Part shown: positions 43,211-51,941 of the stretch, one piece after another
How positions within the stretch are numbered: the stretch's first letter is position 1
How the letters are laid out: every line of letters begins with the position of its first letter
The notes under the pieces: generated by a model
Database searches by the model: none
Seen by the model: only the letters and a program-made list of their open reading frames with translations
Told to the model about the DNA's origin: nothing
Made by a program: the position numbers and the translations under genes
Origin: Longimicrobiales bacterium
Lineage (GTDB): Bacteria > Gemmatimonadota > Gemmatimonadetes > Longimicrobiales > Gaopeijiaceae
Assembly: GCA_965116905.1 (NCBI GenBank)
Contig: OZ220732.1
Coordinates: forward strand, 864,001-928,000
DNA length: 64,000 bases
Reading direction: 5' to 3'

Positions 43211-44035
43211 CTACTCCACGAAGAGGTCACGGTTCCGATCTCCCCGCGCCCGCTCCACGGCTTCCTCGCCGGGCGCGCCCGGACCTCTGCGGCGCTCCGA
43301 GTCCCAGCCGTCGCGCGCGGGCTCGACCGCGTCCAGGTCGATGCCCGCGGTGGCAAGCGTGCCCCGCAGCGTTTGTCCACACCGGTCCCGGACACGGTCC
43401 TCCGGCCAGACGTGCCCGTCGGCCACCAGGGTGTCGTGGGCTTCGTCGGCGGGGAGGAGCCAGGCGAGGGTCGTGGGCAGCATGGCCTCGGCGGAATCCC
43501 GCAGGCGCGCCGCGCCCTCGCCCCCGGCAGCTGCGAGACGGCCGAACCACGCCGTGCCGAAGCGGCGGTGATACTCCTCTTCGGCAAGCATCTTGGGCAC
43601 ACGGGAGCGCGCGAGCGCGAACTCCCCGTCCGCGAAGCTCTCGAGCGCGACCGAGAGGGCGCCGTCGACCACCACCACCGCCGCGACGAAGTGGGCCCAG
43701 TCGACGAAGGGACGATCCAGCGCGGGTGCCGAGTAGTAGCGGGCGGCCGGGCGCGTGTGCTCCACCTCGTAGGGGTCGAAGTCGAAGTGCTTGAGCATGG
43801 CGTAGAGGAGCCGGGCATGGCCCCACTCGTCCTGCGACATCGACGAGGCCGCGATCCCCGTCTCGATCGAGGGACTGCCCAGCAGCCAGTCGCTGTAGCG
43901 GATTCCGAGCAGGCGCTTGGTGTCCGCCAGGCTCAGGATGTGACGGGCGAGGGGTGCGGGAGCGCCATCGGTCGCCTCGGCCGCCCCCGCAGGCGACGGA
44001 GCGCTCGGCCGACCCTGCCGGCGGGCGGAGGTCAT
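43211..44035 (-). CDS. paaC: Phenylacetyl-CoA epoxidase subunit C-like ferritin-fold protein
   Basis: LADTKRLLGIRYSDW...PSIE...QDEWGHARLLY...EEEYH; located within the paa-like cluster. Confidence 0.75.
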   Translation of the reverse strand: MTSARRQGRPSAPSPAGAAEATDGAPAPLARHILSLADTKRLLGIRYSDWLLGSPSIETGIAASSMSQDEWGHARLLYAMLKHFDFDPYEVEHTRPAARYYSAPALDRPFVDWAHFVAAVVVVDGALSVALESFADGEFALARSRVPKMLAEEEYHRRFGTAWFGRLAAAGGEGAARLRDSAEAMLPTTLAWLLPADEAHDTLVADGHVWPEDRVRDRCGQTLRGTLATAGIDLDAVEPARDGWDSERRRGPGAPGEEAVERARGDRNRDLFVE

Positions 44036-44313
44036 GGCCCGGCGGCCCCCTCTGCCACGTCCTTCCCCTCCGGCGCGTTCTTCCCCTCCGCCACGTTCTT
44101 CGCCCACGGTCCCTCGACGCGGTTGACCGGGATGACCGCCCCGCGCGGGACCACGCACATCTCGAACCAGTTCTCCTCGTCGTAGGTCTTCCAGGCGTAG
44201 ACGCGCGCCAACTCGTCTCCAGGCGCGTCGATGTACCCGATGTGACGGAGCGGCTCGCCGCGGCTCTTGCGCGCGAAGACCTCGTAGACACGCTCGTCCA
44301 GGCCCGTGCTCAT
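44032..44313 (-). CDS. paaB: Phenylacetyl-CoA epoxidase subunit B-like protein
   Basis: VYEVFARKSRGEPLRHIGYIDAPGDELARVYA...VVPR. ATG at 44313. Confidence 0.8.
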   Translation of the reverse strand: MSTGLDERVYEVFARKSRGEPLRHIGYIDAPGDELARVYAWKTYDEENWFEMCVVPRGAVIPVNRVEGPWAKNVAEGKNAPEGKDVAEGAAGP

Positions 44314-44735
44314 GCGCCCACCCCGAAACGTCCCAGCTTCCGCCGGCCTTCGTCGGTCATCCGGGCCGTGGTCCACGGCGGATCCCACACCTCGTTGATC
44401 TCGACCGCGTCCACCCATGGCTCCATGCCGATCCGGTCGCGCACGTCCTGCTTGATGAAGTCCATGCAGGGGCAGGCGGTGGCCGTGAAGGTGAGGTCCA
44501 CTCGCGCCCTGCCGCCGTCGAACGCCACACCGTACACGAGGCCCAGCTCCAGCAGCGAAATCGGCAGCTCCGGGTCCAGGACCTCGCCGAGAGCCGCCCT
44601 GAGCGCCCCTTCCTTGTCGGCGGGTGCCTCGGTCAGCGGCGCGGACCACTGGTCGCGGCCTCCGGAGGCGTGAACGGCCGGGGCCGGCTGGCCGGCGAGG
44701 ATGGTCGCCAGCGAGCGCCGGTTCAATTCAGCCAC
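44310..44735 (-). CDS. paaD: PaaD/DUF59 metal-sulfur cluster assembly factor
   Basis: VLDPELPISLLELGLVY, TATACP and WDPPWT motifs. Probable GTG at 44735. Confidence 0.8.
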   Translation of the reverse strand: MAELNRRSLATILAGQPAPAVHASGGRDQWSAPLTEAPADKEGALRAALGEVLDPELPISLLELGLVYGVAFDGGRARVDLTFTATACPCMDFIKQDVRDRIGMEPWVDAVEINEVWDPPWTTARMTDEGRRKLGRFGVGA

Positions 44736-45661
44736 GACGCCACCGACGCGCGCGATCTGCGCACCGAGTCCACGTAGATCTCGTTCATCGGGCCGCGTCC
44801 CTTCCAGCGCTCGAAGACGGCTTGCCATGTGATCTCTCCGTCGTCGAACAGCCAGCGCTTGGCATCGGGGTCGTACTCGCAGGGGAAGGGGTATTCCAGC
44901 ACGTACTCGTCGGCGTCCTCGTCGTAGTGGGCGGGCACCGACAACCCCAGGCTCTCGCACAGCGGCACCGTCGACGACATCCACACCTGCCGGAGTTCGT
45001 CGTTCGTCAGTCCCTTGAGCTTGTAGTCCAGCTGCCCGCTGTGGTGCTTGAGGTCGTCCGGCAGGCCGAACCACTCGATGGTCATCGGGAACATCCAGTC
45101 GACGCAACGCTGCAGCAGCTCGGTCGCGGCCCCTCCGGCGCGCGCCAGCCGGCGCATCCACACCTCGCCGTGGCGCAGGTGGAAGGTCTCCTCCATGTCC
45201 ACCTTGACCAGCGCCCGCTTCAGGGGGCCGTAGGAAGTGTTGCGGTGCACGTCGCCCAGCAGGCAGATGCCCGCCCGGTCGAAGAACCCGTTCGCCACGA
45301 CCAGTTCGGCCCAGTTGTCGAGCGGCTGGTCGAAGCCGTAGGGGTGCTTGAACTCGTGCGGCTCGCGTCCATAGACAAGCTGCTCCTTCGAGACGCCGAG
45401 GTCCTCGAGCAGCCGGTACGCAATGTTGGCGTGGGCCAGCTCGTCCTGAATGATCGCGTGCGCGCTCACCTGGGTATTGGTGGACGGGGCGTGCCGGGCG
45501 GCGAACCAGTAGGCCGGAGCGCTCATGAGCTCGGTGTCCGCCTGGACGGTCAGCTGCACGATGAGCGCCCTCCGGTATCCGGGCGTCATCTCCTCGGGGG
45601 ACTCGAGGATGTAGCCGCTGCGGATCTTCTGCTTCAGTTCGTCTTCCGTATATGTCGTCAT
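44723..45661 (-). CDS. paaA: Phenylacetyl-CoA epoxidase catalytic subunit A-like diiron protein
   Basis: QADTE, QDELAH, FFDRAG, SYGPL, EETFH, MFP...FG and NDELRQ motifs. Confidence 0.82.
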   Translation of the reverse strand: MTTYTEDELKQKIRSGYILESPEEMTPGYRRALIVQLTVQADTELMSAPAYWFAARHAPSTNTQVSAHAIIQDELAHANIAYRLLEDLGVSKEQLVYGREPHEFKHPYGFDQPLDNWAELVVANGFFDRAGICLLGDVHRNTSYGPLKRALVKVDMEETFHLRHGEVWMRRLARAGGAATELLQRCVDWMFPMTIEWFGLPDDLKHHSGQLDYKLKGLTNDELRQVWMSSTVPLCESLGLSVPAHYDEDADEYVLEYPFPCEYDPDAKRWLFDDGEITWQAVFERWKGRGPMNEIYVDSVRRSRASVASWLN

Positions 45662-45677
45662 GGCGTTCTCCAGGCTG

Positions 45678-45980
45678 CTAGATCCCCAGCGCGGAACGGA
45701 TCAGGGGACTGATGCGCTCCGGCGTCCATGGCGGCTCGAAGGTGAGTTCCACCTCTGAGTCCTCCACCCCCTCCACCCCGGCCACGGCCTCACGGGCCTC
45801 TTCGAGTATCTGGCCGGCCGCCGGACACATCGGCGTCGTCAGCGAGATGGCGACCCTGGCGCTGCTGCCATCGATCTCGATGTCGTATACCAGCCCCAAC
45901 ACCACGAGATCCAGATTGAGTTCCGGGTCCTTGACGGTCTTGAGGGCGTTGCGGACGGCTTTCTCGGTGACTTCGGACAC
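45678..45980 (-). CDS. DUF59/SufT-type metal-sulfur cluster assembly factor
   Basis: VKDPELNLDLVVLGLVY, LTTPMCP and FEPPWTPE motifs. Confidence 0.9.
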   Translation of the reverse strand: MSEVTEKAVRNALKTVKDPELNLDLVVLGLVYDIEIDGSSARVAISLTTPMCPAAGQILEEAREAVAGVEGVEDSEVELTFEPPWTPERISPLIRSALGI

Positions 45981-46043
45981 GCTTGCGACCTCCGGCGATT
46001 GCGGGCTTCGCTAATCTAGTCCCATGTCGGTACATTCGCCTCC

Positions 46044-47123
46044 ATGCGAGTTGCCATCAACACCGGCGGAGGCGATGCGCCGGGCCTGAATGCGGTCGTG
46101 CGCGCCGCGGTACTCGCCGCGGAACGGCGGGGATGGGACGTCGTCGGCATTCGCCGCGGCTACGACGGGCTTTTCATGGACGACGGCGTCGTGTCGCTCA
46201 ACACCGGTTCGGTGCGGGGGATCACGCATCTCGGCGGGACCATCCTCGGAACGACAAACCGCGGCAGTCCGTTTTCGTTCCCGATCAGGCAGGCCGACGG
46301 CAGCATCCGGATGGTGGACCGGTCCGACGAGGTCATCAGCAGGATTCAGGAACTGAAGATCGACTGCCTGATTGCAGTGGGCGGGGACGGGTCGCTCAGG
46401 ATCGCCAGCGAGCTCGCGGAGAAGGGCCTCAGGGTGATCGGCGTGCCCAAGACGATCGACAACGACCTGCCGGGCACAACCTTCACCTTCGGGTTCCATA
46501 CCGCCGTGCAGACCGCCACCGACGCGATCGACAAGCTCCATTCGACCGCGCAGGCCCACCAGAGGGTGATGGTGGTGGAACTGATGGGCCGGCACGCGGG
46601 CTGGATTGCGCTGTTCGCGGGTTTCGCGGCAACCGCCGACGTCATCCTGATCCCGGAGATCCCCTACGACCTGACAAAGGTGGCCGCGAAGATCGAAAGA
46701 CGCTGGGAGGAGGGGCTGGAGTTCGCGATCATCGTGGTCGCGGAGGGGGCGATGCCGAAGGGAGGCGAAGCGTCCTACCTCGAAGAGCTGGGGAAGGGTG
46801 GCCGGCGGCGTCTCGGGGGGGTGGGGAAGCGGATCTCCCGCCGCCTCCAGGAGCTCACCGGGCATGAGACGCGCAGCCTGGTGCTCGGCCACCTCCAGCG
46901 CGGCGGCCGCCCGATCGCCTTCGACCGGATCCTCTCGCTTCTCTTCGGGACCGCGGCGATCAACCTCGCGGCAGATGGCCGCTTCGGGTGCATGGTGGCG
47001 CTGGATGCGCCGACCGTTACCGCCGTTCCCCTGGCCGACGCGGTCCGGGCCGCGAAGACGGTGCCCGTCGACGGCGACATGGTCAGGGCAGCGAAGGCGA
47101 TGGGGATTTCGTTCGGGGACTGA
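46044..47123 (+). CDS. pfkA: 6-phosphofructokinase (likely ATP-dependent)
   Basis: TGGGDAPGLN, GGDGS, PKTIDND, ELMGRHAGW and LGHLQRGG motifs. Confidence 0.95.
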   Translation: MRVAINTGGGDAPGLNAVVRAAVLAAERRGWDVVGIRRGYDGLFMDDGVVSLNTGSVRGITHLGGTILGTTNRGSPFSFPIRQADGSIRMVDRSDEVISRIQELKIDCLIAVGGDGSLRIASELAEKGLRVIGVPKTIDNDLPGTTFTFGFHTAVQTATDAIDKLHSTAQAHQRVMVVELMGRHAGWIALFAGFAATADVILIPEIPYDLTKVAAKIERRWEEGLEFAIIVVAEGAMPKGGEASYLEELGKGGRRRLGGVGKRISRRLQELTGHETRSLVLGHLQRGGRPIAFDRILSLLFGTAAINLAADGRFGCMVALDAPTVTAVPLADAVRAAKTVPVDGDMVRAAKAMGISFGD

Positions 47124-47195
47124 GGGCGACCGCCGGCCTTTCCCCTCCGCCGACACGTCGCGCCGAGGCTGCTCCGGCCTGAAAGCCCTGGCCCG

Positions 47196-49946
47196 TCAGC
47201 TCACCGGCCTCGCCCGCCGCCAGTCCTCCGCCCGCATCGACACCAGGTTGGCGAAGAGCCGATACGCGCCCGGCACGCCCGCGGGAAACTGGCGGAAGAA
47301 GGCCAGCCCGGTGTAGACGTACAGCCCCTCGCCCACCTCGGCCACCAACAGGCCGCCGCGCTTCGGGTCCTCGCCGGGGTCGGCCATCTCCATCACGGGC
47401 GTGTAGCGCTCGTCCCACTCTCCGAGGAAGTAGAGCCCCCGTTCCTGCACCCATCCCTCGAAGTCGGCGGGGCCGATCCGGTTCGGTGCCGAGAATACCG
47501 GGGACCCGGGCGCCAGCACCGTCACCTCGGCCACCTCATCCGTCACACGGTCATGCGGCCTGCTTATGCTGACCGGGTAGGGCGTGAATCCGCCCGCGGG
47601 GAACTCGTAGCGGTTGTACTGCACGATCACGGTGCCGCCCGTGCGAGCAAAGGCGAGGACCGCGTCGTTGGCGGCGGCCAGATCGGGCCGCGTCTCGTAT
47701 GCCCGCACCCCGAGCACCAGCACGTCGAAGCGGGAGAAGTCGCCCCGGCTCAATTCAGCCTCGCCGAGTTCCTCGACCTCCATCCCGATCTGGCGGAGCG
47801 CGTCGGCCCCCCCGTCCCCGGATCCCATGACGTAGCCCACCCGCAACCCCGAGTTCGCCGCCACGGGAAAGGCCGAGACCCGAACCGCCGCGTCGCGCAC
47901 CAGCACGCTGCGCGGTATGTGCGGATAGTCGATGATGTCGGACGATATGACAAAATCACTATTGATTCTGTCCGCCCCTGCCGCATCGGCGACCTCTGAA
48001 CCCTCTGTTTGCTCGCTCGCTACCGCCCGAATGACAAATTCACCATTGATTGTGTCATTGGCCGGTGTGACCGTGAAGGCCGCCGATCCGCTGGCACCGT
48101 CCGGGCCCAATGAAAACGGCACCTCGAAGGGCGTCGCCGCCCATCCTTCGGGCACGTCCAGCCGCACCGTCCCCGAGCGGGCCCTGGCCGAGTTGTTGGT
48201 GAGCACCACCCCGACCTCGCGCCCAGCGGTCGCACCGGTCGGCCACACCATGGACGGCGGGTTCACGGCCACGTCGATGGCGGGCACGACCAGCACGCGC
48301 TTCCGGTATTCGCCCGTGGCCCCGTCGACGCCCACGTAGCTGCCGTCGCGCTCGACGGCAGCGGTAGCGATAGCGGCGCCGGCGCCCTGGGTCAGCGCCA
48401 TGGCCACACGGGCGCGCACCGGCGCCGGTCCGAACGGACGTGCCCACAACTCCGCGTCGTCCGGCCAGCTGTACATTGCACCGGTGCGCTCCTCTTCCAT
48501 GTACCAGGGCGCCGACACCCGCGCGTCCGGGGGAACCGCGACCCTCCAGCTCCAGCGCCCGACCTCGCCCGGTCCGAGGCGCCCGTCCGCAGGCGTCTCG
48601 GCTACCGGCGGCCGGAAGAAAAACGAGCGCGGCGGACCGACCGTCGACTCCTCCGTGGGAGCCGCGTCCCATTCGGAGGGCAGCAGCAGCTCGGGCGCCA
48701 CGCCGGACAACTCGAGGCCGCCGCCGTTCCAGACGTTCACGTCCACGACGACGGACTCGCCCGGCGTCAGCAAATCCCGCCCGACCCGTACGTCGATCAC
48801 GATCCCCGCCGCCGCGAGCAGCGTCTCCGTCACCTGCTCCAGCCGCCGCTCCAGCACGCGCCGACCCTCGCCGGCCGGGGCCTCGTCGACCAGGCCGCCG
48901 AGGGTCGTGGCCGCTTCCGCCAGCCCCGCCACGGCTCCGTCGGGCCGGATCGCCGAGAGGCCGCTCGCCGCGTCGGCCAGCGCGCCGCGGTACCGGTCAA
49001 GCCTCCGCTCGGTGTCCGCCGGCCATCCCGCAGGCAAGGGTGCGCCCAATTGCCCGATCAGCGTGGTGTCGACACCCGCGAAGACGCCGTCGTCCTCTGT
49101 CCCCTCCAGCCCCTGCAGTCCCTCCGCCACCGACGCCTCCAGACGCAGCGAACTGGCCCGTGAGCCCATTGACTGGCCCGACCCCATGTCCTGGGATTGA
49201 TGCTGGCTGCGACTTTCCATTGCCAGTTGGAAGTGCGACCTCCCCAGCACGGGATCGAAGCGGCCCGTCGGCACGCTGAGGGTCGCATCGGTGGGGGAAA
49301 ACCGAGTGGACCGGTACAGCTTGGCGGGCTGCCAGGGGGTGACGCCGTGCGCGGCGAGTTCGGGATAGCGATCCGGGTCCCCGGCTGCCGCGAAGGCCTC
49401 GCGCGCCGCCACGCCCGCGAGCTGATGCTGGCCGTGGCCGTCGCGGGGCGTCCCCGAAAAGACCGACACGATCACGTGCGGCCGGAACGTGCGCACCACG
49501 AAGACGACATCGCGCAGCACTTCGTCGAGCGGCCAGAAGCGCATGGCCTCGTCGAGGCTCTTGGAGTACCCGAAGTCGAAGGCGCGCGTGAAGTACTGGC
49601 CACCGCCGTCGAGGGTGCGGGCGGCGAGCAGTTCGCCCGTCCGGATCACGCCAAGACCCTCGTGCAGCCGGTGCCCGATCAGGTTCTGGCCGCCTTCGCC
49701 GCGGCTGAGCGACAGGTACGCGGTCTCGGCCCCCATGCCGCGGGCGAGGGTGGCGAGGAAACTGGTGTCCTCGTCGTCGGGGTGTGCGGCGATCATGAGC
49801 ACGCGTTTGACGCCGTCGAGCTGGCGTAGCCCGAGTGCCGTGCCCACCAGGCCATGGTCCTGCCCGCCGGTGAGCGCGGGCGTCGCCGCCAGAGCGAGCA
49901 GCGCGATGGCGGTCGGCGTGGCCGTTGCGATCTTGCCGAATTTCAT
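47196..49946 (-). CDS. Large secreted PIG-L/LmbE family deacetylase with Ig-like (NEW3) and GATase-like domains
   Basis: AAHPDDED, RGEGGQN, DFGYSKS, HGQH, SRSQHQSQ and WVQERGLYF motifs; signal peptide from probable ATG at 49946. Confidence 0.88.
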   Translation of the reverse strand: MKFGKIATATPTAIALLALAATPALTGGQDHGLVGTALGLRQLDGVKRVLMIAAHPDDEDTSFLATLARGMGAETAYLSLSRGEGGQNLIGHRLHEGLGVIRTGELLAARTLDGGGQYFTRAFDFGYSKSLDEAMRFWPLDEVLRDVVFVVRTFRPHVIVSVFSGTPRDGHGQHQLAGVAAREAFAAAGDPDRYPELAAHGVTPWQPAKLYRSTRFSPTDATLSVPTGRFDPVLGRSHFQLAMESRSQHQSQDMGSGQSMGSRASSLRLEASVAEGLQGLEGTEDDGVFAGVDTTLIGQLGAPLPAGWPADTERRLDRYRGALADAASGLSAIRPDGAVAGLAEAATTLGGLVDEAPAGEGRRVLERRLEQVTETLLAAAGIVIDVRVGRDLLTPGESVVVDVNVWNGGGLELSGVAPELLLPSEWDAAPTEESTVGPPRSFFFRPPVAETPADGRLGPGEVGRWSWRVAVPPDARVSAPWYMEEERTGAMYSWPDDAELWARPFGPAPVRARVAMALTQGAGAAIATAAVERDGSYVGVDGATGEYRKRVLVVPAIDVAVNPPSMVWPTGATAGREVGVVLTNNSARARSGTVRLDVPEGWAATPFEVPFSLGPDGASGSAAFTVTPANDTINGEFVIRAVASEQTEGSEVADAAGADRINSDFVISSDIIDYPHIPRSVLVRDAAVRVSAFPVAANSGLRVGYVMGSGDGGADALRQIGMEVEELGEAELSRGDFSRFDVLVLGVRAYETRPDLAAANDAVLAFARTGGTVIVQYNRYEFPAGGFTPYPVSISRPHDRVTDEVAEVTVLAPGSPVFSAPNRIGPADFEGWVQERGLYFLGEWDERYTPVMEMADPGEDPKRGGLLVAEVGEGLYVYTGLAFFRQFPAGVPGAYRLFANLVSMRAEDWRRARPVS
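47947..48058. repeat. AT-rich 26-bp direct repeat (2 copies, 84-bp period) inside the PIG-L gene
   Basis: ATGACAAAATCACTATTGATTCTGTC (47947-47972) and ATGACAAATTCACCATTGATTGTGTC (48031-48056) are 23/26 identical. Confidence 0.8.
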
Positions 49947-50148
49947 CCTGGGAAGGTAACTATCCGCCATGGACATCGCCGCCACGTTACCACCGGCGGA
50001 CACGATGCCCCCTGCAACTCCCGTCGTGCTCTTAGTTCGGTTTATTCCGTAACCTGTACCAACGCTCGCACAGCTTGCGACGGAACTGGTACGCGGCCGC
50101 CCCGAGGCAGCCCGCGCCCCAGGAGCCCCTGGATCAATCCACGGACTC

Positions 50149-50976
50149 CTAGCGCACCCGCATCACCACCCCGGCGCCCATGTACATGTCCTCGGCCGCG
50201 GCGTTCAGACCCATCCCGAAGCGGACGTCCCACTGCAGGTCGTCGCTCGCGAGCCAGGTGAGCCCGCTGTTGAGGTAGTGCTCGGCGCTTCCCCCCTCGA
50301 GTCCCGCCGGCACGAAGGCGTACCACTCGGCGTAGACGCCGCTGCGCTGGCCCGTCGCGATGCCCCACGACAAAGACTGCGCCCACTCGCTGTAGTCCTC
50401 GTCCATGTGCCCGACGGCGGCGTTCACCTGGGTGCTCCCAGCCAGCGACAGCGCCTCGCTCAGGTCCCAGCTGTACAGGAAATTGAACCCCGGCAGAGTC
50501 CGGCCCGCCGAAAACCCGCCCGTGCCGGTGGCGACCGTCATCTGCGGCAAGAGCGCGGTCGCGGGGAGGACGCCGCGCTGCCCGGAGAGAGCGATCTTGG
50601 CACCCAGGTAGAGGTCCTCCAGCCCCGAGGTGACAACGCCCGTGGCGGACACGTTGACAACCTGCGTCGTCACACTGGTCCCCACCCGAAGCTCCAGTCG
50701 CTCGGCGAGCACCCCGACCCGGAGCAGAGGCTCTCCATAGGAGTGGACCCGGGTCGTGGTGCTGCCGTCGGTATTGGATCCAAGCGTGTAGCCGAGTTCC
50801 AGCTGGAAGCCACCGAGCCCGACCGTGCTGGTCGCCTCGGTGAAGTCGGGGCGGTCCGCGACGAGCGCCTGCGCATGGGCGGCGTCGGGGGCGGTCAGCA
50901 GCCACAGGCCGGCCAGGACGAACAGGACCGGTAGCGCTCGCCCGCGCCGAAGTCCGATGTATACTAAAGTTGACAT
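50149..50976 (-). CDS. Outer-membrane transporter-like beta-barrel (MetA-pathway/SphA-like family)
   Basis: Signal peptide followed by ADRPDFTE...V..G.FQLELGY, amphipathic strands and C-terminal GAGVVMRVR. Confidence 0.75.
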   Translation of the reverse strand: MSTLVYIGLRRGRALPVLFVLAGLWLLTAPDAAHAQALVADRPDFTEATSTVGLGGFQLELGYTLGSNTDGSTTTRVHSYGEPLLRVGVLAERLELRVGTSVTTQVVNVSATGVVTSGLEDLYLGAKIALSGQRGVLPATALLPQMTVATGTGGFSAGRTLPGFNFLYSWDLSEALSLAGSTQVNAAVGHMDEDYSEWAQSLSWGIATGQRSGVYAEWYAFVPAGLEGGSAEHYLNSGLTWLASDDLQWDVRFGMGLNAAAEDMYMGAGVVMRVR

Positions 50977-50987
50977 ATTATGTAAAC
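50969..50987. promoter_or_regulatory. Putative repressor operator (19-bp imperfect palindrome)
   Basis: GTTGACATA-T-TATGTAAAC has 9-bp arms with one mismatch, is AT-rich, and overlaps the start of the beta-barrel gene. Confidence 0.5.
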
Positions 50988-51020
50988 CGTGCTTTCCATT
51001 TTGCCGTGACGCGACCCGCC

Positions 51021-51941
51021 TCAGCGTGGCCAGGGCAGCGCAAGTCCCTCCGGGGCGCGAGACCGGCCGAACCATCCGGCCAGCGCCGCCAGGCTCAGAA
51101 CATAGGGCAAGGCCAGGAAAAGCGGGTACGGCAGGTCCGCGTCGAGCGCCTGGAGCGTGAACTGCAGCGCCTCGGCCCCACCGAAAAAGAGGGCCGCCGC
51201 GAAGACTCCCCAGGGTCTCCACCGCCCCAGCACCACGACCGCGATCGCGATGAAGCCCTTCCCCGCCGACATGTTCTCGGCAAACGTGCCCGTGTGCACG
51301 AGGCTCAGGTGCGCGCCCGCCAGGCCGGCCATCAGTCCCCCGAAAACGACCGCCAGCATGCGCGTGCCCACCACCGGAACACCCGCCGCGTGCGCCGCTT
51401 CCGGCGATTCCCCCGCGGCCCGCAACGCCAGACCCCAGCGAGTGCGGAAGAGAAACCATCCGAGAAACGGCACCATCGCGTACGCCAGGTACGCCGTGAC
51501 CGCCTGATCGAAAAACGCGGGCCCAACCACCGGAATCCTGGACAGGACTGGCACCTCCCACACCGGCACCGTCTGCAGCTCCAGCGCCACCCCCGTCGCG
51601 CCGAAGCGGCTCTGGAACACCGCCCCCGTAAAGCCCAGGCTGCCGATGGTGATCGCGGTTCCGGTGATGATCTGGTCCGTGCCCAGTCTCACCGCAAAGC
51701 CGGCGAACACCAGCGCCGCCATGCCGCCCGCCAACGCGCCCGCCACGAGTCCCGCGTAAGGCCCCATCGCCAACGCCCCGAGCGCCCCGCCGAGCGCCCC
51801 CCAGATCACCGACCCCTCCAGCCCGATATTGATGACGCCGGATCGTTCCGACACCGTTTCGCCGAGGGCCGCCAGCGCGAGAGGCACCGCCAGTCCCACG
51901 GTCGCGACGAGGAAGGATGAGAGGGCGGCGAGGTCAGTCAC
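51021..51941 (-). CDS. ABC transporter permease (nucleoside/simple sugar type)
   Basis: ERSGVINIGLEG, GKGFIAIAVVVLGRW and LPYVL motifs. GTG start at 51941. Confidence 0.92.
   Translation of the reverse strand: MTDLAALSSFLVATVGLAVPLALAALGETVSERSGVINIGLEGSVIWGALGGALGALAMGPYAGLVAGALAGGMAALVFAGFAVRLGTDQIITGTAITIGSLGFTGAVFQSRFGATGVALELQTVPVWEVPVLSRIPVVGPAFFDQAVTAYLAYAMVPFLGWFLFRTRWGLALRAAGESPEAAHAAGVPVVGTRMLAVVFGGLMAGLAGAHLSLVHTGTFAENMSAGKGFIAIAVVVLGRWRPWGVFAAALFFGGAEALQFTLQALDADLPYPLFLALPYVLSLAALAGWFGRSRAPEGLALPWPR

Noticed and set aside
40341..45980. Single pathway linking the PLP decarboxylase to the paa-like cluster via phenethylamine
   Set aside because: Unrelated genes, one on the opposite strand, separate them, and no amine oxidase, aldehyde dehydrogenase or CoA ligase is in the window.
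47947..48056. CRISPR mini-array interpretation of the 26-bp repeat
   Set aside because: Only two imperfect copies with a 58-bp spacer, in frame inside an intact gene, and no cas genes in the window.
50961..50988. Possible dif site, since TTATGTAAACC resembles a XerD arm
   Set aside because: The would-be XerC arm (ATACTAAAGTT) does not fit, the dyad centre has 1-bp rather than 6-bp spacing, and the site is only about 33 kb from oriC.
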